Shown piece by piece: positions 36,665-49,608 of a stretch of 64,000 nt of DNA (position 1 is its first letter; each line of letters starts with the position of its first letter). Source of the DNA: Octopus bimaculoides (taxonomy: Eukaryota); assembly GCF_001194135.2 (NCBI RefSeq), contig NC_068994.1, forward strand, positions 13,027,266 to 13,091,265, in the 5' to 3' direction. The notes below the pieces were generated by a model. The model was not told the DNA's origin, did no database searches, and was given only the letters and a program-made list of their open reading frames with translations. The position numbers and the translations under genes were made by a program.

Positions 36665-38374
36665 GCTTTGTTTTTAATAACCAGTTGATCTAGTAAGCGG
36701 GGCCTCATATCAAGAGGCAGGCCCCGAAACGGCGCGCATTCTCTCCTGATGACCCCATACACCTGCTGGCTTCTGGTATGCGGAGTTCTCGACTGGTAGC
36801 ACTTGCATATGCGAGCTGTTTGCAAGACATGTCCAGTCATTCTCTACGGATTGCAGTAGTGACTGTATTGTCAAAATACGGTCTCAAGAAACATACACCA
36901 TTATTGAACGTGTGAGCCTTTTCTGAGGGTGTATGGAAATGTTGACATTTGGCAAAAGATAGTAGATATGTTATTTAACAAAACCCTTTCGAATTGCCAA
37001 GGGGTTTAATCGCTTAGTGGCTTTATCTCATGTCTCACTGCACTTCTTGTGCTTATATATATATTTTGTACATGAGCATTTAACATCTTCATCCAAAAAT
37101 CATAATTTCGTGCCTTTAATGATAATATTGTTCATCTTGATGGCGTCAAGAGCAAAAAGCTGCTGGGAATAATGAGCGAACGTAAAGGATGGTGACGAAA
37201 ACGAACATGACTCAGGTAAGATGTTACGAATATAAAATATGCAAAGAAAGTGAACGCTGCTTTCACCAAGTTATTATAAGATTGAATTGACTGCTAAAAA
37301 AAACTGGTACACCATCCAGAAGGTCTTGTTGATACCTGCTGGAGTTGTCTCCCTTAGTTGCTCGACAGATAATAAATAAATCGTTATATGCATGGGAACG
37401 GTGAGAATGAAAATGATTTGCATATTGGTTCTCAATATGGTCTGGTAGATTCGCTGTTACGTTACTAACTTTAGAATGAAAATATAACATACAAACAACA
37501 CAAATTGTTTAGATTTTATTGATTCCTTATTATTATTTTTTTTGTAATTAAAAGAAATGTCACTTGGGTTGTCTCTTCATTTAAAACTTATTTTTAAACA
37601 ATTTCCCATCGATTTATTTTTCATATTAGTTTATTTATTTCACAGTTCATAAGAGGGCATTACATTTATATCAGCTAACAAAATGACTGGGTGACAGATG
37701 ATCAGAGTTTGAACATTTTAACTGGGAGGGAGGGGTCTCATTCCTTTTCTAATAATAATAATCCTTTCTATTGTAGGCACAAGGCCCGAAATCTTGGGGA
37801 GGAGGTAAGTCAATTTCATCGACCCCAGTGTTTTACTGGTACTTAATTTATTGACCCTGAAAGGATGAAAGGCAAAGTGGACCTCGAGTGGTATTTGAAC
37901 TCAGAAATGCTGCTGTACCAGCTTGTTACTTTAATAATAATGAAAAGTGATTGCTACCTTTGGAAGGCCACAACTTGAAAAGTGAGCAGGGTGCAATTGA
38001 TTTAACTAGCAGGGATTATGGAGTGAAGATTGGGGAATGAAAAGCAAAGTCGACTTCTGAAGGATTTTAACTAGAGGAAACTAGCTAATCACTACAAGAC
38101 ATTTTTGTCCAATGTTTTTCTGATTCTATTATCAACCACTTACTACTATTATTAATAATAATAATAATAATTGTTTCTGGTTTGGGTACAAAGCAGCAAT
38201 TTTAGGGTAAAGATTTAGTTGATGTAATCAGCACTTTATTTTATTGGCCCCACAGGGAAGAGCAGCAAAGTTGATCCTAGCAGAATTTAAACTCAGAATG
38301 CAAAAATTCAGAATACCGCAAATTATTTTTCCATTTTCCCCAACATTTTAATGCTTCTGTCAATTTTTATCACA

Positions 38375-38408
38375 CAAACACACACACATACATACATACA
38401 TACATACA

Positions 38409-38505
<97 letters not shown>

Positions 38506-38970
38506 ATGTGAGTGTATATGTATGTATGTGCATATGTACGTATGTATATATATATGTATGTATGTATGTACGTACGTACGTATATACGTGTGTATGTATG
38601 TATGTACTATGTATGTGTATGCATGTGTGTATGTATGTACGTACGTGTGTGTCTGTATGTATGTACGTACGTATGTATGTATATACGTACATATGTATAT
38701 ACGTACGGATGTATGTACATATACGTATGTATATATATGTACGTATATGTATATATACGTATGTATATGTACGTACGTATGTACGTACGTATGTATGTAT
38801 GTATGTGTGTATGTATGTACGTATGTATACGTGTATATGTATGTGCATATATATATATGCATGTGTGTGTGTATATATATATGTGTGCATGTGTATATAT
38901 GTATGTATGTGTGTATATATATGTATATATGCATGTATATGTGTGTATATATATGTAGTGTGTGTGTGTA
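38375..38970. repeat. Compound (TACA)n-(TA)n-(TATG/TACG)n microsatellite
   Basis: Direct reading; it explains the spurious HTYI/VCMY ORFs. Confidence 0.92.
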
Positions 38971-39967
38971 CTACTTTTCCACTGGGACTGGTGTGAGGTG
39001 AGAGTGAATAGTAAAGAATTGCTACACAGAACAGGGTTGAATTACATACAGCAAGGAATTTTTTGCCCTGATCCCTGCCATTGCAGTGGGACCTGAGCAT
39101 GGAATGTATGAGAGGTGAAGCTAAATGTTGTATGGCATTTGGAGCAGTATTACTGTTTCTGCCACCCAACTGATTCCCAAGATCACTACTACTATACATA
39201 ATATTGGCTTCAAATTTTGGCAGAAGGCCAGCAATTTCGTGAGGAGCAGATATGTCGATTACATCAACCCCCAGCATTCAACTGGTACTTATTTTATTGA
39301 CCCCGAAAGGATGAAAGGCAAAGTCTACCTAGGCAGAATTTTAACTCAGTGCATAGCAATGGACAAAGTGCTGCTAAGTATTTTGCCCAGAGGGCTAACT
39401 ATTCTGCCAGCTCACTACCTTAATACTAATAATAATTATTATAATAATAATAATAACAACCCTTTCTACTATAGGCACAAGGCCTGAAATTTCGGGGGAG
39501 GAGACTAGTCAATTACATCAAGCCCAGTGCTCAACTGGTACTTATTTTATCGATCCTGAAAGGATGAAAGGCAAAGTCGACCTCAGCAGAATTTGAACTC
39601 ACAACATAAAGATGGACAAAATTCCACTAAGCATTTTGCCCGGTGTGCTAACAGTTCTGCCAGCTCGGCGACTTAATAATAATAATAATAATAATAATAA
39701 TGATAAGTCTTTCTGCTATAGGCTCAAGGCCTGAAATTTTGGGGTAGGGGGCTAGTCGATGTTTCCAATAAATATAATATCACAATCACCGCTCAACAAA
39801 CGTTTATTGTGATACTGTGTGATAGTATGTGTGTGTGTATATGTGTGTGCATTGTATGGATGTATGTATCTACATAACATAAACCGATATGTGAGTACAA
39901 GTCATGTATGCATGGGTGTGCATGTGTATAAATCAATACAGAAAAGGGATTTCATTTAATGTGCATG

Positions 39968-40005
<38 letters not shown>

Positions 40006-40106
40006 CACATTTAAGCAAAAAGTGATTCAAAGTTACTGATGAAGCATCCAACGTCCATCTTGTGTTGTTGGTTCATTTGTTAGAAGTCCCTTGAGTCAAA
40101 TTTAAT

Positions 40107-40349
40107 CTATGACATTTTAAGACAAGCAACATGAAAGCTGTCCCCTTTATGTTTACTGACAAGGCTAAGTAAGGCTTGCTTCTTTTGTGGTGCATGTGAT
40201 GATTCCAGTTCATATAGAGTGCATAAGTTAAATAATATGCCTTCATGAAGGTTGTGTGTTGGGTCTGACTGGACGAGGTCTTCCAAAGTGTCCAGAGCAT
40301 CTTTCAGTTTGCCTAAATACAGTGACGATACGGCCATGTTGTTCACTGC
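40107..40349 (-). CDS. TRAPPC12: TRAPPC12 last coding exon ([30 protein letters not shown]...[12 protein letters not shown]...KKQALL...[12 protein letters not shown])
   Basis: Acceptor tttgcAG on -. The C-terminal TPR and YELES..KK.ALL...GDSF...CLK signature are recognisable as TRAPPC12/TTC15. Confidence 0.95.
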   Translation of the reverse strand, partial: AVNNMAVSSLYLGKLKDALDTLEDLVQSDPTHNLHEGILFNLCTLYELESSHAPQKKQALLSLVSKHKGDSFHVACLKMS

Positions 40350-41624
40350 CTGCAAATAAACAAACAAACAAACAATTAGTAACGAGAAAGTTCTAGTTTT
40401 GACATCATCATCATCAGCTGCAGCAGCAGCATCATTTTAGCAAAAACTTTTCCATGCTTGCAAGGGTCAGATGGAATTTGTTGAGGAGGATTTTCTATGG
40501 CTGGATGCCCTTCCTGTTGCCAAACCTCACCTATTTCCAAGTATAGTAATGTTTCCCCATGACTAAACAAGTTTTCACAATAGATTGGAAATGAAGGACC
40601 CTGCTTGAATGAAAGTGGCACTTGCTTACAATTATCAAGCTATATCATGGCAAGATGGTAACACACATACACACATACATACATACATGGATAGATGGAT
40701 GGATGAATGGATGGATAGGCTCTTTCAGTTTCCAACATCATAATTACTCTGACATACACAGAAGCCATGGACATGATATAAAGAATGCTGAAGGATCAAG
40801 ACTATTGGAGTTCTGAGGTGCAAATGATCTATCCATTTGTAGTAGGAGACAGACCAGTCAGCTAATCTCCTATCAATTAATTACACACACAAACCATATA
40901 TCGAGTTGTTTGACTGAAAACGGAAGTCAGCCTTTAGTATTATCGTCATGTAATGTCCACTTTTACATGCTCACATATATCAGAGTTTCTTTGAGGTGGA
41001 TTTTCTACAGCTGGATGCCCTTCCTGTTGCCAACCCTCACCTGTTTCCAAGCAAGGTAATACTTCCTCATGGCCAGACATGTTCTCACAGAATACTGGTA
41101 ATGAATTATTCTGCTTGCATGACAGTGACTCTCATTTATTCTGACATACACAGAGGCCATGGAAGTGATATAAAGACTTGGTGTTCTCAGGTGCAAACGA
41201 TCTATCCATTTGTAGTAGGAGACAGACCAGCCACCTTATCACCTATCAATTAGGAATACACACACAAACCATATATCAAGTATATCAAGCAATGTCAAGA
41301 CAAGGAAACCTCACACACACACACACAGGCATTCTGTTGGTTACAACAACAAGGGATCCAGCTGATCCAGTCAATAGAACAGCTTGCTCATGAAGTGGCT
41401 GAGCACTCTACAGACATGTGTGCCTTCAATGTAGTTCTCAGGGAGATTGAATGACACAGAATGTGACAAAGCTGGCCATTTGAATTACAGGTGCAACATG
41501 GAGAAGTGTCTTGCTCAAGGACACAATGTGCCAGCAAGAATCTAACACATGATTGTAAGGTCATCAGCTGAATACCCCTAACCACTAAGCCATGTGCCTT
41601 CACTACACACACACATTATAGATG

Positions 41625-41803
41625 AGCTTGGGATTAACTCGATTACATCGACCCCAGTGCATAACTGGTACTTAATTTATCGACCCCGAAAGGATGAAAG
41701 GCAAAGTCGACCTTGGCGGAATTTGAACTCAGAACGTAACGGCAGACAAAATACCGCTAAGCATTTCGCCCGGCGTGCTAACGTTTCTGCCAGCTCACCG
41801 CCT
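41625..41803 (-). mobile_element. SINE family C, near-consensus
   Basis: Reverse complement of gcggtgagctggcagaaacgttagcac...gagttcaaattcc...cctttcggggtcgataaattaagtaccag. Other copies lie near 29050-29290, 29695-29900, 30775-31040, 31240-31400, 37745-37910, 39215-39680, 47760-48230, 52120-52225, 54310-54690 and 56940-57370. Confidence 0.8.
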
Positions 41804-42098
41804 TCTTTCAGTTTCTATGAACCAAACACACTCACAAAGTTTTGGTTGGCTTAGGGATATAATAGAAGACACTTGCCCAAAGTGCTGTGCAGAGGGAATG
41901 AACTCAAGATCACACAGTTGGGAAGCAAGCTTCTTAACCACACAGCCAAGTATGAGAACATATTGGGCAATCTTTTGGGGAATTGGAAACATAAAAGGAT
42001 TAAGAACTCCAGGTATGGGGACTCTATTGTTGAATTTGTGACAAATTAAAGAAAAAGGGAGTACTGAAGAGTTTTAGGGGTGACATCAATATACATAC

Positions 42099-42186
42099 CA
42101 CAGGATTACTGGGGTCTTCAACAACTGCAGCCTTGAAATGCTGGAATGCTTCGTGAAAGTTGCTGGTACACAATGCAACAAGTCCT
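42099..42186 (-). CDS. TRAPPC12: TRAPPC12 exon (GLVALCTSNFHEAFQHFKAAVVEDPSNPV)
   Basis: tttcAG and GTatgt on -. 88 nt, phase 2 in and phase 0 out. TPR helix. Confidence 0.9.
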
Positions 42187-43020
42187 CTGAAAGTTAAAAA
42201 AAACAAAACAGAAGGCTGCCTGATCAAATAGTAAAATATAAGAAAACTGCAAAAAGTGGGAGGTTAGTTGATGAAGCAGGTGTAATACCTGCTGACAGGT
42301 GTCACCATTAGCAATTAAACTGAACCAATGATGATCTATTGAGCAAGACTCTAAAATGATCTGCCACAACTAACTTGCATTTTGTTAGTTACGACGATGA
42401 GAGTTCCAGTTGGTCCCATCAATGGAACTGGCTACTCATGAGATGAACATGCAAGTGGCTGAGTACTCCACAGACATGTGTATACCCTTAATGTAGTTCT
42501 CAGAGAGATTCAGCATGACACAGGATGTGATAAGGCTGGCCCTTTGAAATACAGACACTACTCATTTTTACCAGTTGAGTGAATTGGAGCAACATGGAAT
42601 AAAGTGTCTTGCCCAAGAAGACAATGCACTGACAGGTATCAAATTCACAACCTTACAACCATTAGCCAAATACCTCGAATCACTAAGTGTGTGTGTGTGT
42701 ATGTGTGTGTGTGTTTTTGTGTTTGCTTCCATCTACACTTCCCCAGGCTAGAAACGGTAACATTGCGGTCATTTCCCTTGTCAACAAGTCATCCACTGGC
42801 TTTGCATCTTTGAAGATGCATGGATTCCTTACTTGAAAAACAAAAGGTAAAAGTAACAGCACAATAATATAGTCAACTAACCCATGCTGACATGGACAAA
42901 TGGATGTAAAACAAACAAGAGATGGAGAGCTCAAGGGACAGGAAAAGTTGAGAAAGTTTCAAATCAAAACCAACAAATGCAACAAAAGTAAAAAACAAGA
43001 AAAACAATAGTCAAACTAAC

Positions 43021-43115
43021 TTGTTTAAAGCAGTCTTTGCAGCACTGCGTTTTATTCCAGAATTGAGATCTTCAGATTTCTTGAAATAACTTTCTGCTGT
43101 TCCAATATCTCCCAT
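43021..43115 (-). CDS. TRAPPC12: TRAPPC12 exon (MGDIGTAESYFKKSEDLNSGIKRSAAKTALN)
   Basis: cttttcAG and GTtagt on -. 95 nt. GDI.TAE.YF motif. Confidence 0.9.
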
Positions 43116-43289
43116 CTGAAAAGGAAAATGAAGCTTTTTAATCCCTTAGTATTCAGATTACTCTGTTGAATATAATGCTATTTATTAACATTGTTCTGAA
43201 TTAATCATGCATTATCTTGTAGCTTTGAGATTTCAATGATGTGATTGTTTATTTTTAGAATAACATTGTTGGGAATATTGAGGCTAGCC

Positions 43290-43338
<49 letters not shown>

Positions 43339-44185
43339 CATATGCTTACATTAAATCCAGTTTGGTCGGCCTGAGGCTATAGTAGCAGACACTGGCCCAA
43401 GGTGCCATGCAGTGGGACTGAACCCGAAACCATGTGGTTGGTAAGCAAGCTACTTACCACACAGCCACTCCTGCACCTATATACATATATATCATCATCA
43501 CTCAACATCTGTTTTCCATACTGGTATGGGTTGGACAGTTTGACCAGAGCTGGGAAGGCCAGGGGCTACACCAAGCTCCCTTGTCTCTTCTGACACGGTT
43601 TCTATGGCTGGATGCCCTTCCTAATGCCGACCACTCCGAGAGTGTAGTGGGTGCTTTTACGTGCCACTGGCACGAGGGCCAGTCTGGCGGTACTGGCAAC
43701 GACCACGCTCAAAATGGTGTTTTTTACGTGCCACCTGCGCTTGAATCTTTTGTTCACGTGCCACTGGCACAAGTACCAGTAAGGCAACACTGGTAACGAT
43801 CACGCTCAAATGGTGCTTTTTATGTGCTACTGGCATGGAAGCCAGACAGCTGCTCTGGCAATGATNNNNNNNNNNNNNNNNNNNNNNNNNNNNNNNNNNN
43901 NNNNNNNNNNNNNNNNNNNNNNNNNNNNNNNNNNNNNNNNNNNNNNNNNNNNNNNNNNNNNNNNNNNNNNNNNNNNNNNNNNNNNNNNNNNNNNNNNNNN
44001 NNNNNNNNNNNNNNNNNNNNNNNNNNNNNNNNNNNNNNNNNNNNNNNNNNNNNNNNNNNNNNNNNNNNNNNNNNNNNNNNNNNNNNNNNNNNNNNNNNNN
44101 NNNNNNNNNNNNNNNNNNNNNNNNNNNNNNNNNNNNNNNNNNNNNNNNNNNNNNNNNNNNNNNNNNNNNNNNNNNNNNNNNNNNN

Positions 44186-44220
<35 letters not shown>

Positions 44221-44414
44221 TTGTACATATGTGTATATATTTATATATTCCAAAGTTAGAAAGTTATTAAAAACAATGGGTCTTAAGTCTTTATAAGATA
44301 TTTCAATTAATCTGATGTAACAGCTGAGTGCAGGTCGACCAAAACATTGTTTTTACTTTAAAAAAAAAAAGCAGAATAAAGAATAAAATATAATCTTCCA
44401 AAAATAATACCCAC

Positions 44415-44513
44415 CTGCAGGAATATACGTCCAATGCCAGTTAGCAAAGCACTCTGACTATCCACATCTTTCTTCAGTAGTTCTTGATAGACATCGAGAG
44501 CAGCTACATAATC
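44415..44513 (-). CDS. TRAPPC12: TRAPPC12 exon (DYVAALDVYQELLKKDVDSQSALLTGIGRIFLQ)
   Basis: ctgtAG and GTgggt on -. 99 nt, phase 0/0. LL.GIGRI.LQ motif. Confidence 0.92.
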
Positions 44514-44599
44514 CTACAGCATGAGAAATAAACTAGTTAAAAGACAGAAACACAGGAGAGAGAGGGTGTGTGAATGTGTGCCAAAATTTGAAATATTAA

Positions 44600-44825
44600 C
44601 CCCTTAGCATTCAGATTATTTTGTCAAATGTAAGGCTTATTCGCTTATTTTTTCTCATTGTTTTGAATTAATCATGCATTATCTCAGAGCTTCAAGATTT
44701 CAATGATGTCATTTTATTTCTACAATGACAATGTAGGCTAGGCATGAAAGGCTGGATCTAGCCAGTATGAACATAAAACAAGTAGAATATTTTGGCCTGA
44801 CATGGCCAGCTTAAATGCTAAAGGG
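44600..44825. mobile_element. piggyBac-like MITE
   Basis: TTAA|ccccttagcatt ... aatgctaaaggg|taaa. Related copies at about 5265-5470, 22797-23014, 32285-32480 and 43140-43285. Confidence 0.65.
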
Positions 44826-45194
44826 TAAATAAAACCCAAACTGTCATTTCCTCAAGACCTTTAGCAATACACATGGATAGTCACAGTTATAAATATAAAA
44901 AAGGGGAGATGGTTACAGTGTTGTATTGAGAAAGTAACCAATCTGACAGGCCTAAAGAACGGTAAGGAATAAAGGGACTCAACAGATAGAAAGGCATTAT
45001 CTTTTATCTCTTATTTGTTTCAGATTGCGGCTTTGATGAATTTTATTCAAACAAATTGACCCAAGTACTTATTTATTTTTTATAAAGCCCGGAATTTATT
45101 CAATCACTCTCTTTTGCAAACTGCTATGTTACAGGGATGTAAATACTGTAACACAAAGCAGCAGTGGTGGAGGCAAACTAAGACACACACACAC

Positions 45195-45232
<38 letters not shown>

Positions 45233-46034
45233 NNNNNNNNNNNNNNNNNNNNNNNNNNNNNNNNNNNNNNNNNNNNNNNNNNNNNNNNNNNNNNNNNNNN
45301 NNNNNNNNNNNNNNNNNNNNNNNNNNNNNNNNNNNNNNNNNNNNNNNNNNNNNNNNNNNNNNNNNNNNNNNNNNNNNNNNNNNNNNNNNNNNNNNNNNNN
45401 NNNNNNNNNNNNNNNNNNNNNNNNNNNNNNNNNNNNNNNNNNNNNNNNNNNNNNNNNNNNNNNNNNNNNNNNNNNNNNNNNNNNNNNNNNNNNNNNNNNN
45501 NNNNNNNNNNNNNNNNNNNNNNNNNNNNNNNNNNNNNNNNNNNNNNNNNNNNNNNNNNNNNNNNNNNNNNNNNNNNNNNNNNNNNNNNNNNNNNNNNNNN
45601 NNNNNNNNNNNNNNNNNNNNNNNNNNNNNNNNNNNNNNNNNNNNNNNNNNNNNNNNNNNNNNNNNNNNNNNNNNNNNNNNNNNNNNNNNNNNNNNNNNNN
45701 NNNNNNNNNNNNNNNNNNNNNNNNNNNNNNNNNNNNNNNNNNNNNNNNNNNNNNNNNNNNNNNNNNNNNNNATATATATATATATATATAAAACATGATG
45801 AGTTTCTTTCAGTTTCTGTCTACCAAATCCACTCACAAGGCTTTGGTTGGCCCGAGGCTACAGTTGAAGACACTTGTCCAAGGTGCCGTGCAGTAGGACT
45901 GAACCTTGAACCATGTGGTTGGGAAGCAAACTCCTTACCACACAGCCATGCCTGCGCCTGTACACAGCTGAATAAAACTGATCGTGATGCTGAAGTTAAA
46001 CAACAAGAAAATCAACAAAGCAAATCTAACTTAC

Positions 46035-46108
46035 CTTGATGGACAGAAGTATGTTAGCAATGATATACATCACTTGACATTGTCGCTTGGACCATAGTTC
46101 AAGGGAAG
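46035..46108 (-). CDS. TRAPPC12: TRAPPC12 exon (ASLELWSKRQCQVMYIIANILLSIK)
   Basis: ttttAG and GTaagt on -. 74 nt, phase 1 in. Confidence 0.9.
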
Positions 46109-46388
46109 CTAAAAATATAAAAACAAAAGGACCTCAATAGCAACAAATCAGTGACTAACTTGGTGTGTGTTGTAACCCACTAATCCACTGACATTTTTCT
46201 TATCTTTCAGGTTTATTTGTTGTAGACATTGGGCTCAGGTGTCCTTTTAAGGGTTTTAGTTGAACCCAGTAGCGACATTTTTAAACCTTGATAGTTATTC
46301 TATCAATTTTTTTTTTTCTCTAACTGCTATGTTATGAGGATATAAACAAACTAACACCAGTTATCAAGCAGTGGGTGGGGCAACAAGC

Positions 46389-46465
<77 letters not shown>

Positions 46466-47109
46466 TATGTATGTATGGATATATGTATATATTTTTTCAC
46501 TTGTTTGTCATTTTGACTGTGGCCATGCTGAAGCACCACCTTCAAGGGTTTTTAGTCAAAGCAATCGACCCCAGGACTTATTCTTTGTAAGCCTGGTACT
46601 TATTCTATTGGTCTCTTTTGCTGAACTGCTACATTATGGGGAACGTAAACACACCAACATCACTTGTCAAGCGATGGCGGGGGAGAACAGACATACACAC
46701 ACACACATTTTGGATCTACTTAATCAGGGCTGATTTGAGCCTAGTTCCAAGATACAGCACACGGATTTGCACCATCAGTGACGTTTCTGGGGTTTCAAGG
46801 AGTTTGGGAATTTTCAGAAACAGATGCCTTCATCCAGTTAACCCAGCCAGTGTTGATCAAGTCCCAAATCGCATTCTAACAGCGGCAAACCACTGGTTTG
46901 TCCTCTTTATTCAAACTCACCTAGTGGCTTGGAATTCTCTGCAGAATCAGTAATGGAATCCATGGTTTTCCTCTTTGCTGCACCAATAACTCCAATCTCA
47001 GTCATACCTTTGCAGAATGAATGCCCAACAAAACCCACCAACAGCCTTTTTAAACTGTGAAGCTGGCTACACAACAACAACAACAACAACAAAATCGCAA
47101 AAATCTTAC

Positions 47110-47182
47110 CTTTCTTAGATTCTGGAGACAGTTCCACTGAAGAGCCATCTTCTGATAAACCACTTTCAAGATTTGAAATGAT
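47110..47182 (-). CDS. TRAPPC12: TRAPPC12 exon (IISNLESGLSEDGSSVELSPESKK)
   Basis: atcacAG and GTaaga on -. 73 nt. NLE.GL.EDG motif. Confidence 0.9.
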
Positions 47183-47605
47183 CTGTGATAGACAGATGTA
47201 ATACAGATGTAATATAAATATGTTAAACCAATTTAAACAAACTACTTAACATCCTAATAACATCATTCATACGAAATTTTCATTTGATTATGTATAGGCA
47301 CCGGCATGGCTGTGTAGTTAAAAAACTCACTTTGTAACCACATGGGTTTCAGGTTCAGTCCCACTAAACAAGCATCTTCTATTTTAGCACTGGGCTGACC
47401 AATAGCTTGTGAAGGAATTTGGTAGATGAAAAGTGTGAGGAAGCCTTCTCACACACACACACATATATGCATGTATGTATGTATGTATGTATGTACATGT
47501 GTGTATGTTTTTTGTGTTTATGCTCGCACCACTTGACAACTGGTGTTGTTTTATTTACATCCCACTCAACACGCATACACAACAATACAATGTAACTGCC
47601 CTCAC

Positions 47606-47718
47606 CTGTTGCACAACAGAAAGAATATAATACAATTTGTCTACAGCATCTTTGTTGTGTCCAAGGTAAAATGGAAGCTGAGCATCCAAAAGACGAAGAC
47701 CAAATGGGACCATAGAAC
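47606..47718 (-). CDS. TRAPPC12: TRAPPC12 exon (GSMVPFGLRLLDAQLPFYLGHNKDAVDKLYYILSVVQQ)
   Basis: atttcAG and GTgagg on -. 113 nt. GSMVPF..R motif. Confidence 0.93.
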
Positions 47719-48479
47719 CTGAAATACAATAATAATAATAACAATAATAATGATAATAATAATCCTTTCTACTATAGGTACAAGGCCTGAAATTTTGGGG
47801 GAGGGCATAGTTGATTACATCAACTCCAATGTTCCTTAGGTACTTAATTTATTGACCCTGAAAGGATGAAAGGCAAAGTCAACTTTGGCAGAATTTGAAC
47901 TCAGAACATAGCGATAGGTGGAATACTGCTAAGCATTTCATCCAGCATACTAACAATTCTGGAACCCACCATCTCAGATAAAGGATATATTAGATAATGT
48001 ACTTCTTATTTCTTTACTGCCCACAAGGGGCTACACACAGAGGGGACAAATGGATTAAGTCTATTATATTAACCCCCAGTGCGTAACTGGTACTTATTTA
48101 ATCGACCCCCGAAAGGATGAAAGGCGAGGTCGACCTCGGCAGAATTTGAACTCAGAACGTCACGGCAGATGAAATACCGCTAAAAGCATTTCGCCCGGCG
48201 TGCTAACGTTTCTGCCAGCTCACCGCCTTAATCCTTCTGCATACCCATAAAAGGTCAAAATGGTCACAGATAGAATGCTTGTGCTGCCAGAACTTGTCAA
48301 TATCAGTTACTACATCACCACCTTGCTATCCACACAAAGTTCCCTCCCAAAGCCTCCCTAATATCCATTCATCTTCTCCATCCACTATTCCTGGAAGGGT
48401 TGTTGAAGTAGAGTTCTCAGGCACCCCTTCCATAAGGTCCTATCAGAAGCCATTGTCATTACACTTTCCTGCTAGATTC

Positions 48480-48700
48480 CCTAGTGTAACTGACTGGGAC
48501 TATGGTATTATCCAATCATCTCATTCTTGGTCTACCCCTATGTCTCCTACCAGTTGCTTCAGCTTCAAGAATCTGTACTGTGATTCTTCCCTGTCACACT
48601 CTAGTCACATGTCTGTTAGTATCAGAGCTGTGACCTCTGAATATGGAGAAATAGTGGCTTGATCTGGAGAGATTCACTGATCTCTGACTTACCCTGTCAA
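48480..48700 (-). mobile_element. RTE (BovB-like) LINE C-terminal relic
   Basis: On -, ..ILEAEATGRRHRGRPRMR.. with stops. Confidence 0.55.
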
Positions 48701-49094
48701 AGAACATTATTCCAGAGATCCTTCAGAGGAAACCCATTTCAACCACTTGTACTTTTTACTGTAGTCTTTTAGTCATTATCCATCATTTATGACCATAGGT
48801 GATGATAGGCATGAAAACTGAATTAAACAGCAAGTCTGCCTTCCTTTCTAAGGACCAAATACTGGAATTGGCATATTACTATGCCAGTACCTGCACTTCT
48901 AGCATCCAATTCAGCCTTCTGCTTTCCATTACTCATGAATATGGTTTCTCAGTATTTCATTCCCATTTCACAACCATTCTTTCTTGCTTTGGCTTGCTAC
49001 TCTAAACCAACAACCTACCTAAACATATGACATAACTGTAAAGCTGATCTTATTAAACTCAACTCTAAAACACAACAACAAGGAGTTGACGATA

Positions 49095-49239
49095 CTGTAT
49101 TTTCTGGCATACAAATCAAATTCTCCAAAATTCAGTAGCTCAACCAAAAATTCCAAGTGAAATGGAATTTGGAAAGATAGAAATGAAGTTTGGATGGTTA
49201 CACTTCATGTTTACATCAACTGTATGCCAGAAAATACAT
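49095..49239. mobile_element. Same pogo/Tigger-like MITE family
   Basis: TA|ctgtattttctggcataca ... tgtatgccagaaaatacat|TA (18/19 TIR match). A third, longer copy spans about 15915-16227. Confidence 0.72.
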
Positions 49240-49314
49240 TAAGAATAGCAGTATTTTTATGGAAGCAAAGAGAATTAGAAGAGACATCAACACATAAAAG
49301 ACCTTTGAATCATC

Positions 49315-49608
49315 ATCATCATCGTCGTTTAACGTCCGCTTTCCATGCTAGCATGGGTTGGACGATTTGACTGAGGACTGGTGAAACCAGATGGCTACAC
49401 CAGGCTCCAATCTGATTTGGCAGAGTTTCTACAGCTGGATGCCCTTCCTAACGCCAACCACTCCGAGAGTGTAGTAGGTGCTTTTACGTGCCACCGGCAC
49501 AAAGGCCAGTCAGGCGGTACTGGCAACGGCCACGCTCAAAATGGTGTATTTTACGTGCCACCTGCACAGGAGCCAGTTCGGCAGTACTGGCAACGATCTC
49601 GCTTGAAT
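49315..49608 (-). mobile_element. Repeat family D: (ATG)n-tailed element with internal 60-66-bp subrepeats
   Basis: catcatcatcgtcgtttaacgtccgctttccatgc...ctggatgcccttcctaacgccaacc...acgtgccacc. Related copies lie near 5570-5790, 25240-25425, 43495-43865, 51125-51660 and 52540-52750. Confidence 0.7.

Noticed and set aside
38323-39277. Several 150-305-aa ORFs rich in HTYI or VCMY
   Set aside because: Stop-free readings of TACA/TATG repeats.
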